The notes beneath the pieces were generated by a model. The model was not told the origin of the DNA and made no database searches. It was given only the letters and a program-made list of their open reading frames with translations. From assembly GCA_965221905.1 (NCBI GenBank), contig OZ244922.1:1088001-1152000 (forward strand): a DNA stretch of 64,000 bases. Direction: 5' to 3'. Made by a program: the position numbers and the translations under genes. Below, piece after piece: positions 28,781-37,981 of the stretch (positions within the stretch are counted from its first letter, which is position 1; every line of letters begins with the position of its first letter). The stretch is from Chloroflexota bacterium (GTDB lineage Bacteria > Chloroflexota > UBA11872 > VXOZ01).

Positions 28781-30328
28781 ATGCAATTTGCCCCGCAAGC
28801 TGCTGGACTGGAGGACAGCGCGACTGTGCCGCGCGGGCTTGAGGGATGCGCCATTGTAATCTTTGGTGCTACCGGCGACTTGACGAGCCGCATGATCGTG
28901 CCCGCACTGTATAGTTTGCAGCAGCGTGGGCTGCTCCCGGAAGACTTCGCGATTGTAGGGTTTTCCCGTAGCAAGTGGAATACCGCAGTTTTTCGCGATG
29001 AGATGGAGGCTGCCGTGCGCAAGTCTGCGGGAGCGGTACCGGTTGATGGGGATGCGTGGGGAAAATTCGCGCAGCGGCTGTATTATATCTCCGGCAACTA
29101 TGGCAACCGCAGAGACTTTCAGCAACTTGCGGAGTTGTTGGATGCGGTCTCAAAGAATCACAACTGCGGCGGCAACTACGTCTTCTATCTCTCGACACCT
29201 CCCAGCGTATATTCAGATGTGATTCAGCAGCTAGGGGCTGTGGGTCTTCATCAGGGGTATGGGGAAGAGTCGTCTTGGCGGCGTGTCGTAATCGAGAAGC
29301 CGTTCGGAAGAGACCTCACGACCGCCCAAACGCTCAACGCGCAACTCGCGAACGTCTTTTCCGAATCCCAGACCTACCGCATCGATCACTATCTCGGCAA
29401 AGAGACGGTGCAGAATATCCTAGTTTTCCGGCTGGCGAATCATATCTTCGAGCCGCTTTGGAACCGCCGTTACGTTGACCACGTGCAGATCACAGCTTCA
29501 GAGAGCTTGGGAATAGAGCACCGCGCCGGATACTATGAAGAGTCCGGCGCCATGCGCGACATGTTCCAGAATCACCTGTTGCAGCTCTACTCACTGGTGG
29601 CGATGGACCCGCCGGTGGTGTTCGATTCTGAGGCCGTTGGCGCGGAGAAGATCAAGGTCTTGCGCGCCACCCGGCAGATTCCGCTCTCAGAGCTCGATCA
29701 GTGGGCGGTGCGCGGCCAATATGGTCAGGGATGGGTGCAGGGAGAACACATCAAGGGGTACCGAGAAGAGGAAGGTACCGACCCGCGCTCGAACCGCGAG
29801 ACCTTCGCCGCGCTGAAGCTCCACATCGACAATTGGCGCTGGGAGGGCGTACCGTTCTACCTACGCTCCGGCAAGAGCATGGCGAAGAAGGTAACGGAGA
29901 TCGCGATTCAATTCAAGCGGGTGCCGCACTTGCTCTTCGGGCTCATGCCCGCTGATACGGTGAACCCGAATGCCATCGTCATCCGTGTGCAACCCAACGA
30001 GGGTTTTTCGCTTCAATTCCGCGTGAAGTCCCCCGGTCAAACTATTCGCGTGCAACCCGTGAGCATGAACTTCGACTATGAGTCGCTTTTCAATGGTGAG
30101 GCTCCGCCGGCCTACGAGACGCTCTTGCTCGACATAATGCGAGGCGACCGTACGCTCTTCGCCCACAGTGAATGGATCGAGTATGCTTGGGGCTTGATCA
30201 CCCCCATTATCGAGGCGTGGGATTCCAGCCCCGCCAGCAATTTCCCGAACTACGAGGCCGGTAGCTGGGGACCGCCGGAGGCCGATGCCCTCATTGCCCG
30301 GGACGGTCGCTCCTGGCGACGGCCATAG
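28781..30328 (+). CDS. zwf: Glucose-6-phosphate 1-dehydrogenase
   Basis: IFGATGDL, EKPFG, RIDHYLGKE, QNHL and WRW.GVPFYLRSGK motifs. Confidence 0.97.
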   Translation: MQFAPQAAGLEDSATVPRGLEGCAIVIFGATGDLTSRMIVPALYSLQQRGLLPEDFAIVGFSRSKWNTAVFRDEMEAAVRKSAGAVPVDGDAWGKFAQRLYYISGNYGNRRDFQQLAELLDAVSKNHNCGGNYVFYLSTPPSVYSDVIQQLGAVGLHQGYGEESSWRRVVIEKPFGRDLTTAQTLNAQLANVFSESQTYRIDHYLGKETVQNILVFRLANHIFEPLWNRRYVDHVQITASESLGIEHRAGYYEESGAMRDMFQNHLLQLYSLVAMDPPVVFDSEAVGAEKIKVLRATRQIPLSELDQWAVRGQYGQGWVQGEHIKGYREEEGTDPRSNRETFAALKLHIDNWRWEGVPFYLRSGKSMAKKVTEIAIQFKRVPHLLFGLMPADTVNPNAIVIRVQPNEGFSLQFRVKSPGQTIRVQPVSMNFDYESLFNGEAPPAYETLLLDIMRGDRTLFAHSEWIEYAWGLITPIIEAWDSSPASNFPNYEAGSWGPPEADALIARDGRSWRRP

Positions 30329-30464
30329 CGGATAGAGCGCCGGTTCCGCCGCGTTGCCGGCGTACCCGCCATCGGGATTCTGCTACACTGAATTCACTTC
30401 CCGATACACTATTATCGTTGACTAGTCTAGAAAGAAAGCATTACTGCGGAGCATTGTCCATATC

Positions 30465-32219
30465 ATGAGACGCTCAAACTTACTCTGTGAGACGTTACGC
30501 GACGACCCAGCGGAAGCAGAAGTGCCCAACCACAAGTTGCTGGTACGGGGCTGCTACATCCGTCAACTCGCATCCGGTATTTACAGCCTGCTCCCGCTCG
30601 GCACGCGCGTGGCAGCAAAGATCAAACAGGTCTTGCGCGAGGAGATGGATGCTATCGGCGGGCAGGAACTCACCATGCCGGTCGTGCAGCCTGCGGAAAT
30701 CTGGCAGCAAACGGGTCGTTGGTACGACATCGGCGACGACTTGGTGCGGTTGAAAGATCGCGCCGATCACGACCTGGTGCTCGCCATGACCCATGAAGAG
30801 GTCATCACAAGTCTCATTGGCTATAACGTCCACTCCTACCGCCAACTGCCGGTGATGCTCTACCAGATACAGACAAAGTTTCGCGATGAGCCGCGTCCGC
30901 GAGCCGGGGCGATTCGATTGCGCGAGTTCACCATGAAGGACGCCTACAGCGCCCACATCACGCAGGAGGACCTGGATCGCTACTATCCGGAGGTCTACCA
31001 GGCGTATTTCAACATCTTTCGCCGCTGCGGGCTGGACGTGATTTCGGTGGATTCCGATGTGGGCATGATGGGCGGCACCATGGCCCATGAATTCATGTCG
31101 CTTACGCCGGTTGGAGAGGACACCTTAGTGCTCTGCGATGCCTGCGGACTCAGCGCAAATCGGCAAATTGCAACCTTTCGCAAGGACGTGGTCGACGGCG
31201 GCGAGCCGCAGCCCCTCCAAGAAGTGGCAACACCGGACACGAAGACGATTGCGGAGTTGGCGGCCTTGCTGGAGATTCCCGAGACGAGCACGGCAAAAGC
31301 CGCTTTCTTTATGGGGGACCAGGGCCTAATCTTTGCCGTAGTGCGCGGCGACATGGAGGTGAACGAGACGAAGCTTATGAACGCCACGAAGTCTACGGCA
31401 CTGCGGCCCGCTACCGAAGGGGAACTGAGCGAGTACGGGATCGTGCCGGGATACGCCTCGCCGATAGGTGTGACCGGCGTGGAGGTCGTTGTGGACGACC
31501 TGGTGGCGCAGTCCGCCAACCTGGTAGCAGGGGCGAACAAGGTAGGATTCCACCTGCACAACGTAAACTACGGCCGCGACTATTCGGCCGACGTGGTAGC
31601 GGATATTGCCAGCGCGTATGCAGGCGCTCCCTGCCCGCGATGCGGTGGGCCGGTGCGCTTGGAGCGCGCCATCGAGGTGGGCAATATCTTCAAGTTGGGG
31701 ACGAAGTATACGGCGGCGCTCAAAGCCCAGTACCGCGATGAAACCGGCGCCCAGCATCCTATGGTGATGGGGTGCTACGGCATTGGGGTTGAACGCCTCA
31801 TGGCGGCAGTTGTAGAAGCCTCTCATGATGAGAGAGGCATCATCTGGCCGGTGTCGATCGCGCCGTTCCACGTATACCTGGTGGTGCTGAACCAGAACGA
31901 TGAATCAGTCATGCAGACGGCGGAGCAGCTCTACGCCGATCTTGGCGCGGCCGGCATAACGGTGCTTTTCGACGACCGGAAGGAGAGTCCGGGGGTAAAA
32001 TTCACCGATGCCGATCTATTGGGAATGCCGCTGCGCATCACTGTCAGCCGCCGTACGCTGAAGAATGAGTCGGTGGAACTGAAACTCCGCACCGACAAAG
32101 ACTTTATGCTCGTTCCGCTGGCAGAGGCGGTGGCGCATGCGCAGGCGCAGATCGGCGCGCTGCAGGCGGCAATCTACGCGCGGGTGGTAGAGGAAGAGTT
32201 CGTGGTGAGCGACGGGTAG
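30465..32219 (+). CDS. proS: Proline--tRNA ligase (prokaryotic type with editing domain)
   Basis: THEE, QIQTKFRDEPRPR, REF.MKDAYS, IEVG.IFKLGTKY and MGCYGIG..R motifs. Confidence 0.97.
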   Translation: MRRSNLLCETLRDDPAEAEVPNHKLLVRGCYIRQLASGIYSLLPLGTRVAAKIKQVLREEMDAIGGQELTMPVVQPAEIWQQTGRWYDIGDDLVRLKDRADHDLVLAMTHEEVITSLIGYNVHSYRQLPVMLYQIQTKFRDEPRPRAGAIRLREFTMKDAYSAHITQEDLDRYYPEVYQAYFNIFRRCGLDVISVDSDVGMMGGTMAHEFMSLTPVGEDTLVLCDACGLSANRQIATFRKDVVDGGEPQPLQEVATPDTKTIAELAALLEIPETSTAKAAFFMGDQGLIFAVVRGDMEVNETKLMNATKSTALRPATEGELSEYGIVPGYASPIGVTGVEVVVDDLVAQSANLVAGANKVGFHLHNVNYGRDYSADVVADIASAYAGAPCPRCGGPVRLERAIEVGNIFKLGTKYTAALKAQYRDETGAQHPMVMGCYGIGVERLMAAVVEASHDERGIIWPVSIAPFHVYLVVLNQNDESVMQTAEQLYADLGAAGITVLFDDRKESPGVKFTDADLLGMPLRITVSRRTLKNESVELKLRTDKDFMLVPLAEAVAHAQAQIGALQAAIYARVVEEEFVVSDG

Positions 32220-32279
32220 TTTTCCGTTCAGCAACCGCATGGCCGCGGGCCGTACGCGGGAACGACCGACCAAAGTGCC

Positions 32280-32660
32280 GTGTATTTCACAAAGCATTTG
32301 GTGCACTGCTTCGAGTGACCACGGCAACGCAGCCCCTTCATGCCATTCGTACTGAGCTTGTCGAAGTATGAGTTGTGTATGTTTCAAAGCATTTGGTGCA
32401 CAGCCTCGAGAGACCACGGCAACGCAGCCCCTTCATGCCGTTCGTACTGAGCTTGTCGAAGTATGAGCTGTGTATGTTTCAATGCATTTGGTGCACAGCC
32501 TCGAGTGACCACGGCAACGCAGCCCCTTCATGCCGTTCGTACTGAGCTTGTCGAAGTATGAGCCGTGTATGTTTCAAAGCATTTGGTGCACAGCCTCGAG
32601 TGACCACGGCAGCGCAGCCCCTTCATGCCGTTCGTGCTGAGCTTGTCGAAGCATGAACGG
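32280..32660. repeat. 95-bp tandem repeat x4, each unit ending in a family E hairpin
   Basis: aa(a/t)gcatttggtgca recurs at 32291, 32386, 32481 and 32576. Units differ by only a few substitutions. Lies between convergent genes. Confidence 0.95.
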
Positions 32661-32711
32661 AAAAGAGCCACCCAGCGGAATGCCCCATACTCCTAGGTGG
32701 ATATTTCCGCT

Positions 32712-33617
32712 TCACTCAAACGACCGCGGCGAGTGCACTTCGAGCTCAATCCGCAGGTCGAGAGTCCAGCGCGCCTCCACGAGGTACGTTGCGAAGTCCT
32801 TGGGCTGGAAGCCAATCGTCTCCTCCATCGCCGCTACATTTGCGGTGAAACCCTCTTTCCACAGCCAGTCGTAGTACGCCGCGTAATCGTCGCCCATGTG
32901 TTCGGCAACCCACTCCGGCGGGAGCGGATAGAATTCCACGGTACGGCCAATTGCCGCGCCAATGTCTTGGGCAATCTCCTCCCACGTGCGTTCGTCGCCG
33001 GCGAGGTCAAGGGTCTTGCCTGCCCAGACATCCGGCGCGGCCAGAACTGTGGCGGCGGCGCGTCCGACGTCGTCCACGGCCACAAGTTGCGTTGCGACGT
33101 GGGGCGGCATGGGAGCATGCAGCCGACCGGCCAGCAGGTTGCCCGCCAGCGCTTCCGCGCCAAAGTTGTCCATGAAGAACACCGGACGCAGAATCGTCCA
33201 GGGAATGCCGCTTGCTTGGAGATACTGCTCGGCGCGAAACTTCTGCGCGTAGTGCGGTACGTCGGCCAGGTCATTTGCGCGCTGCACCGAGGAGTAGACG
33301 ATGTGTTGTAGGTCAGCGTTCTGCGCCGCGTCGATGCAGGTTTGAAGCTGTTGCCACTCCGCCTCCGGGCCGCCCGAATAAGGCGTGCCCATGAGAAATG
33401 CGGTGCCTACGCCTTGGAAGGCCCGCTTCATCTGCTGCGGATCGGTCATGTCGCCCACTATTACGCGCGCGCCGTCGGCAATGAGCGTTTCGGCACGGGC
33501 AAGGTCACGCGTGAGCGCCCGAACCGTTTGGCCCTCTGCCAATAGAGCGCGTGCCACGGCGCCGCCTTGCTGGCCGGTGGCTCCGGTGACGAGTGTTACT
33601 CCGATAGACACCGGCAA
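32712..33617 (-). CDS. NmrA-like NAD(P)-binding protein
   Basis: VTGATGQQGG, ALTR, H...K...E..L, ILRP.FFMDN and V..DVGR motifs. Confidence 0.9.
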   Translation of the reverse strand: MPVSIGVTLVTGATGQQGGAVARALLAEGQTVRALTRDLARAETLIADGARVIVGDMTDPQQMKRAFQGVGTAFLMGTPYSGGPEAEWQQLQTCIDAAQNADLQHIVYSSVQRANDLADVPHYAQKFRAEQYLQASGIPWTILRPVFFMDNFGAEALAGNLLAGRLHAPMPPHVATQLVAVDDVGRAAATVLAAPDVWAGKTLDLAGDERTWEEIAQDIGAAIGRTVEFYPLPPEWVAEHMGDDYAAYYDWLWKEGFTANVAAMEETIGFQPKDFATYLVEARWTLDLRIELEVHSPRSFE

Positions 33618-33694
33618 TCTCTCTCCATATTTTCTGGTCCACGCTGCTGAATGGTATCACGCTCAGTGGTATAGTGAGAAAAGGAGATGATTCA

Positions 33695-34135
33695 ATGGAG
33701 AACTACAAGCAAACAAATGCGGACGACTATGCGGCTTTCAGCCGCCGCTTTGTCCGTCAGGCTCAGGAAGAATTCGATAAAGGCGACCGGCTACAGGCCT
33801 CGGAAAAAGCCTGGGGCGCAGCCGCGCATGCCGTGAAAGCAGTCGCTGCGAGCAGAGGCTGGAACCATAACTCGCATAGACTGCTCTTCGACGTTGTAAC
33901 CCAACTTTCCCGCGACACGGGAAATTCTCTATTGAGCGCCTGCTTCAGAGAGGCAAGCTCCTTGCATCAGAACTTCTATGAGAATTGGCAGCCGGACGGT
34001 TCGGTGCAGGAAGGCATAGACAAAGTGAAGCAGTTTGTCGACATGCTGGAGGAGATCCGCGTACAGCCCGTGCAGCCGTCGGTTGTGATTGACCCAAAGC
34101 AATGGGAGCGTCTTACGCGGTCGCCTGCTGACTAG
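33695..34135 (+). CDS. PaREP1 family (HEPN-like) protein
   Basis: GD..QASEKAWGAAA.AVKAVA..RGW.H.SH..L and A..LH.NFYE motifs. AAGGAG RBS. Confidence 0.85.
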   Translation: MENYKQTNADDYAAFSRRFVRQAQEEFDKGDRLQASEKAWGAAAHAVKAVAASRGWNHNSHRLLFDVVTQLSRDTGNSLLSACFREASSLHQNFYENWQPDGSVQEGIDKVKQFVDMLEEIRVQPVQPSVVIDPKQWERLTRSPAD

Positions 34136-34157
34136 GCGTAATCATCGAGCCAGTCTT

Positions 34158-35060
34158 TCATTTCCTGCTTTTTGAGCTTGGAACGGGAATACCGGTGGTG
34201 TTTAGGCGAATACGGTAGAGGCTCGTCCTGGCCGTGACGTAGAGCGTGCGCCAGTCCTTGTCGCCCCACGCAAGATTGGCGGGCTGCTCGTCGCCAATGA
34301 TTCTTCCCAGCACGTGACCTGCCGGATTCATCACCCAAATGCCGCCCGGCCCGGTGCAGAAGACATTTCCGTTGCAGTCTACCTTCATACCGTCCGGACT
34401 GCCGTCGTCAGCGCAGTTCATATCGGTCCACAGGCGGCTTTCGGTCAGCGTGCCATCGCTATTCACCGTAAACGCGCGGATGTGCCGCCGCCGACTATCG
34501 TCAATGTAGAGTGTCTTCTCGTCGGGGGAAAAGGCGAGACCGTTCGGCCGGTCGAAGTCGGCCGTCAAGAGGTGCAGCGCGCCGTCGGTAGTAATCATGT
34601 ACACGCCGCGGAAGCCCAGGTCCGGTTCAAGACCCAGGTCTTCGACGCCGTACGGCGGGTCGGTGAAATAGAGAGTGCCGTCGGAACGAACGACCACGTC
34701 GTTTGGGCTGTTGAGGTTTTTCCCCTGGTAGCTGTCGGCGAGGGAGCTGTACGAACCGTCGGCCTCTTGGCGGCTCACGCGCCGCGTGGAGTGTTCGCAC
34801 GAAATGAGACGCCCCTCGCCATCCAGGGTCAGGCCGTTCGCATTGCCCGAAGGCGTGCGATAGGTGCTCACGGAAAAACCTTCAGGCGATTCGCGCCAGC
34901 AAACGGTGCGGCTGTTGCGTATATCGCTAAACAGCAAACTGTTGTCCCGCCAAACAGGCCCCTCGGTGAATGCAAAGCCGCCCGCCACGCGCTCCAACGC
35001 CGCGGCTTGCGGTACGAGATCGAAGAACGCCGGGTTGCGAACGTCAAATCTGGTTGCCAT
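34158..35060 (-). CDS. SMP-30/gluconolactonase/LRE family protein
   Basis: FTEGPVW, NGL..D, NSPND, YFTDPPYG, PNGLAFSPD and PDGM.VD..GN motifs. Confidence 0.93.
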   Translation of the reverse strand: MATRFDVRNPAFFDLVPQAAALERVAGGFAFTEGPVWRDNSLLFSDIRNSRTVCWRESPEGFSVSTYRTPSGNANGLTLDGEGRLISCEHSTRRVSRQEADGSYSSLADSYQGKNLNSPNDVVVRSDGTLYFTDPPYGVEDLGLEPDLGFRGVYMITTDGALHLLTADFDRPNGLAFSPDEKTLYIDDSRRRHIRAFTVNSDGTLTESRLWTDMNCADDGSPDGMKVDCNGNVFCTGPGGIWVMNPAGHVLGRIIGDEQPANLAWGDKDWRTLYVTARTSLYRIRLNTTGIPVPSSKSRK

Positions 35061-35119
35061 GGTTCATTTCTCCAAGCTGGCGTATGCGAGCCAAGTTCTT
35101 CACAGCAGGTTCTTTGGGG

Positions 35120-36535
35120 TTAGCGTCGTCGAAACACGTGTACGGCGCGGCCGTCTACATCCCAGGAGGCCTCCATGATCGCCTCCGCAAGTGTGGGATG
35201 GGGATGGATATTGAGGCCGACCTCCAGAGGTGTTGCTTCCAGCATTTGTGCCAATCCCATTTCGGCGACAATGTCTGTGGCGTTGGGCCCGATGACGTGT
35301 GTGCCCAGAATTTCATCGGTCTTGGCGTCGCAGACCATCTTTACAAAGCCTTCGGTTTGCCCTTTTATGAGCGCTTTACCCAGCGCGGCAAAGGGGAACC
35401 GGCCTACTTTCACTTCCCTTCCCTGCTCGACGGCCTCTTCTTCCAAGAGACCGATGCTCGCGATCTCAGGACGGCAGTACGTGGCGCGTGGCACGCGCAA
35501 GGGGTCTAACGGGTGGGGCTCCTCACCGGCGAGGTGTTCGACGGCGACGTGCCCTTCGGCCGTGGCTTTGTGGGCGAGCAAGAAGCCGCCTGCAACGTCG
35601 CCGACGGCGTAGACGTGCGGTACGTTCGTGCGGCCATAACCGTCAACCGGGATGACGCCGCGCTCTGTATTTACGCCGATCGATTCAAGACCGATATCCT
35701 CAGTATTGCCGGTGCGACCGACGGCTACCAGCAGCACGTCAGCTTCCAGGGACTCCCTCTTGCCTGAAACCTCGATGTCCACTGATACGGAATTCTTGCC
35801 GGAATTCACGCTATCCACAATTAGCTTGGCGTTGGTCTTGACGGTGATGCCGCGCCGGTTAAACGAGCGGCCAAGCTCCTTGCCAATGTCCTCATCCTCC
35901 AGAGGAACCAATGTGGGCATGACCTCTACAACGGTCACCGCCACACCGAAGTCGTGGAAGAGACTCGCCCACTCAACGCCAACGGCCCCAGCGCCGAGAA
36001 TGATGACGGATTTTGGCAGCGTCGAGAGTTCAAGCGCGTGGTCGCTGCTAATCACGGTCTTGCCGTCAAGCTCCAGTCCCGGCAGGCTGCGCGGGCGTGA
36101 GCCGGTCGCGATGATGACGTTCGCCGCCCGCAGGTCTTGGGCGCCGGCGCTGCCCTCCACGCGCACCAGTTGGGGCGACGTGAGCGTTCCGGTCCCATAG
36201 AATACGTCAACCTTGTTTCTTTGCAGCAGACCCTGTACGCCTTTATGGAGTTGGGCTACCACCTGGGATTTGCGTGCAAGCACTTTGGCATAGTCAAAAG
36301 AAACGTCGGTGGCGACGACACCGAAGGCACCGCTCTCATTACGAGCGTGGTGCAGGTGCTCCGCGGACTCCAGCAGAGCCTTGGTAGGGATGCAGCCTTT
36401 GTGGAGGCAAATCCCGCCGACTTTCTCCTTTTCAACCACCGCGACCTTGAGCCCAAGCTGCGCGCCGCGAATAGCGGCCGGGTAGCCCCCCGGCCCGCCG
36501 CCGATAATTACAACGTCATATGTATTTTCTGCCAT
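35120..36535 (-). CDS. lpdA: Dihydrolipoyl dehydrogenase (E3)
   Basis: GGGPGGY, GGICLHKGCIPTK, ATGS, LAHKA and HPHPTLAE motifs. Confidence 0.97.
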   Translation of the reverse strand: MAENTYDVVIIGGGPGGYPAAIRGAQLGLKVAVVEKEKVGGICLHKGCIPTKALLESAEHLHHARNESGAFGVVATDVSFDYAKVLARKSQVVAQLHKGVQGLLQRNKVDVFYGTGTLTSPQLVRVEGSAGAQDLRAANVIIATGSRPRSLPGLELDGKTVISSDHALELSTLPKSVIILGAGAVGVEWASLFHDFGVAVTVVEVMPTLVPLEDEDIGKELGRSFNRRGITVKTNAKLIVDSVNSGKNSVSVDIEVSGKRESLEADVLLVAVGRTGNTEDIGLESIGVNTERGVIPVDGYGRTNVPHVYAVGDVAGGFLLAHKATAEGHVAVEHLAGEEPHPLDPLRVPRATYCRPEIASIGLLEEEAVEQGREVKVGRFPFAALGKALIKGQTEGFVKMVCDAKTDEILGTHVIGPNATDIVAEMGLAQMLEATPLEVGLNIHPHPTLAEAIMEASWDVDGRAVHVFRRR

Positions 36536-36657
36536 AGCCACTTTCTTTCACGTGCTTCCGCCTGCCTGCGGGCGGTGCTCGCACCTTTAGCGATCAATAG
36601 GGTGTAACGTAATGCACACTGACTCCATCTTGCCGAAAGCACGGCCTGGGATTCAAA

Positions 36658-36683
36658 TAGGGCGAACCCTCAGTTCGCCCTAC
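36658..36683. repeat. GTAG-type REP / hairpin between pdhC and lpdA
   Basis: tagggcgaac-cctca-gttcgcccta-c (minus strand starts GTAG). Confidence 0.55.
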
Positions 36684-36715
36684 GCATTGGCGAAGGAAGT
36701 GAAGCGGCAAGCTTC

Positions 36716-37954
36716 TTAGCCCAGTAAGTTGTACGGATTTTCCAAGAGATCCTTCAAGTCGCGCAGAAACTCAGCGGCGGGGGCACCGTAGAGGATGCGG
36801 TGATCGGCGGAGATGCTTAGGTTCATCATGTCGCGCACTACGATTTCTCCTTCGCGCACGACGGGCCGCGGCTCAATCGTGCCGACGGCAATTATGCCGG
36901 CCTGGGGCGGATTCACGATGGCATAGAAGTCGCGCACGCCAAACATGCCCAGATTCGAGACCGTAAAAGTGCCGCCCTCTAAGTCGCCGGGCCGGTTCTT
37001 GCCTTCGCGGGTGCGCTCAACCAGCACTTTCGCTTCCGCAGCCAGCCGGCGGAGAGGCTTGGTGTCGCAGTTCTTGAGCACGGGAACTAGCAAGCCATTG
37101 GGTACGGCAACGGCAATGCCAATATTCGCCTCATCATGATAGACAAAACCGCCATCTCGGTAGGAGCCGTTTGCATCCGGATGCCGCATGAGAGCGAGCG
37201 CGGTGGCTCTGATGATGATGTCGTTGAAGCTAATCCGTTCTTCCTTGCTCCAGGCGGAATTGACCTGCGCGCGCATTTCTTTGGCGGCGCCCATGTCGAT
37301 TTCCAGCGTTAGGTAGAAGTGCGGCACTGTGGTCTTGCTCTCAAGCATTCGCCGGACAATTGTGGACTGCATGCGTGAGAGCGATGCCACTTCAGAGGAA
37401 CTTGGTTCGGCGGCGGGGTCGTCAGCCACTGCGGCATTGCGTACCGCGTTCTCAACGTCTTCCTTGACAATGCGGCCGCTGGGGCCGGTGCCTTTGACCT
37501 GCAGTAGGTCGATTCCCTCTTCGGCGGCAATGCGGCGCGCGAGCGGTGACGCCTTGATGCGGCCGGATGCCTCTTTCGCGTTCGAACCGTCTGCGGGCCG
37601 CGAAGCGGGCGCAGGCTTTGTTTGGGTACTGCCGTCTGACCCGGCAACGCTTGGCTGTACAGTTTCTGTCGCCGGCGCGTTCTGTGGCGGAACGGCAATC
37701 TGCTTGCCCAACTCGCTTTCATCGCCCACCAGCGCAATAGGAGCGCCCAAGGGGGCCGCGCCGCCCTCAGCAACGAGAAGTTCGAGCAGCGTACCTTCCT
37801 CAACCGACTCGAGTTCCATCACGGCTTTATCGGTCTCGATTTCGGCCAGTAACTCGCCCTTCTTTACGCTGTCACCCACCTGCTTGTACCACTGCAGGAC
37901 TCTTCCCTCTTCCATCGTATCGCTCAGGCGGGGCATAGGGATCTCGCGTACCAT
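36716..37954 (-). CDS. pdhC: Dihydrolipoamide acetyltransferase (E2), single lipoyl domain
   Basis: MPRLSDTMEEG, ETDKA (lipoyl Lys), ASPLARR, G.GP.GRI, SNLGM and S.DHR motifs. Confidence 0.95.
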   Translation of the reverse strand: MVREIPMPRLSDTMEEGRVLQWYKQVGDSVKKGELLAEIETDKAVMELESVEEGTLLELLVAEGGAAPLGAPIALVGDESELGKQIAVPPQNAPATETVQPSVAGSDGSTQTKPAPASRPADGSNAKEASGRIKASPLARRIAAEEGIDLLQVKGTGPSGRIVKEDVENAVRNAAVADDPAAEPSSSEVASLSRMQSTIVRRMLESKTTVPHFYLTLEIDMGAAKEMRAQVNSAWSKEERISFNDIIIRATALALMRHPDANGSYRDGGFVYHDEANIGIAVAVPNGLLVPVLKNCDTKPLRRLAAEAKVLVERTREGKNRPGDLEGGTFTVSNLGMFGVRDFYAIVNPPQAGIIAVGTIEPRPVVREGEIVVRDMMNLSISADHRILYGAPAAEFLRDLKDLLENPYNLLG

Positions 37955-37981
37955 ACTTGGGTAGTTCCTCCTACTGCCGGC

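Noticed and set aside
30330-30464. T-box leader upstream of proS
   Set aside because: The region is too short and lacks the GGTGGNACC antiterminator motif.
32280-32660. Possible CRISPR array (contains GTTTCAA and regular spacing)
   Set aside because: The inter-repeat sequences are near-identical rather than unique spacers, and there are no cas genes in the window.
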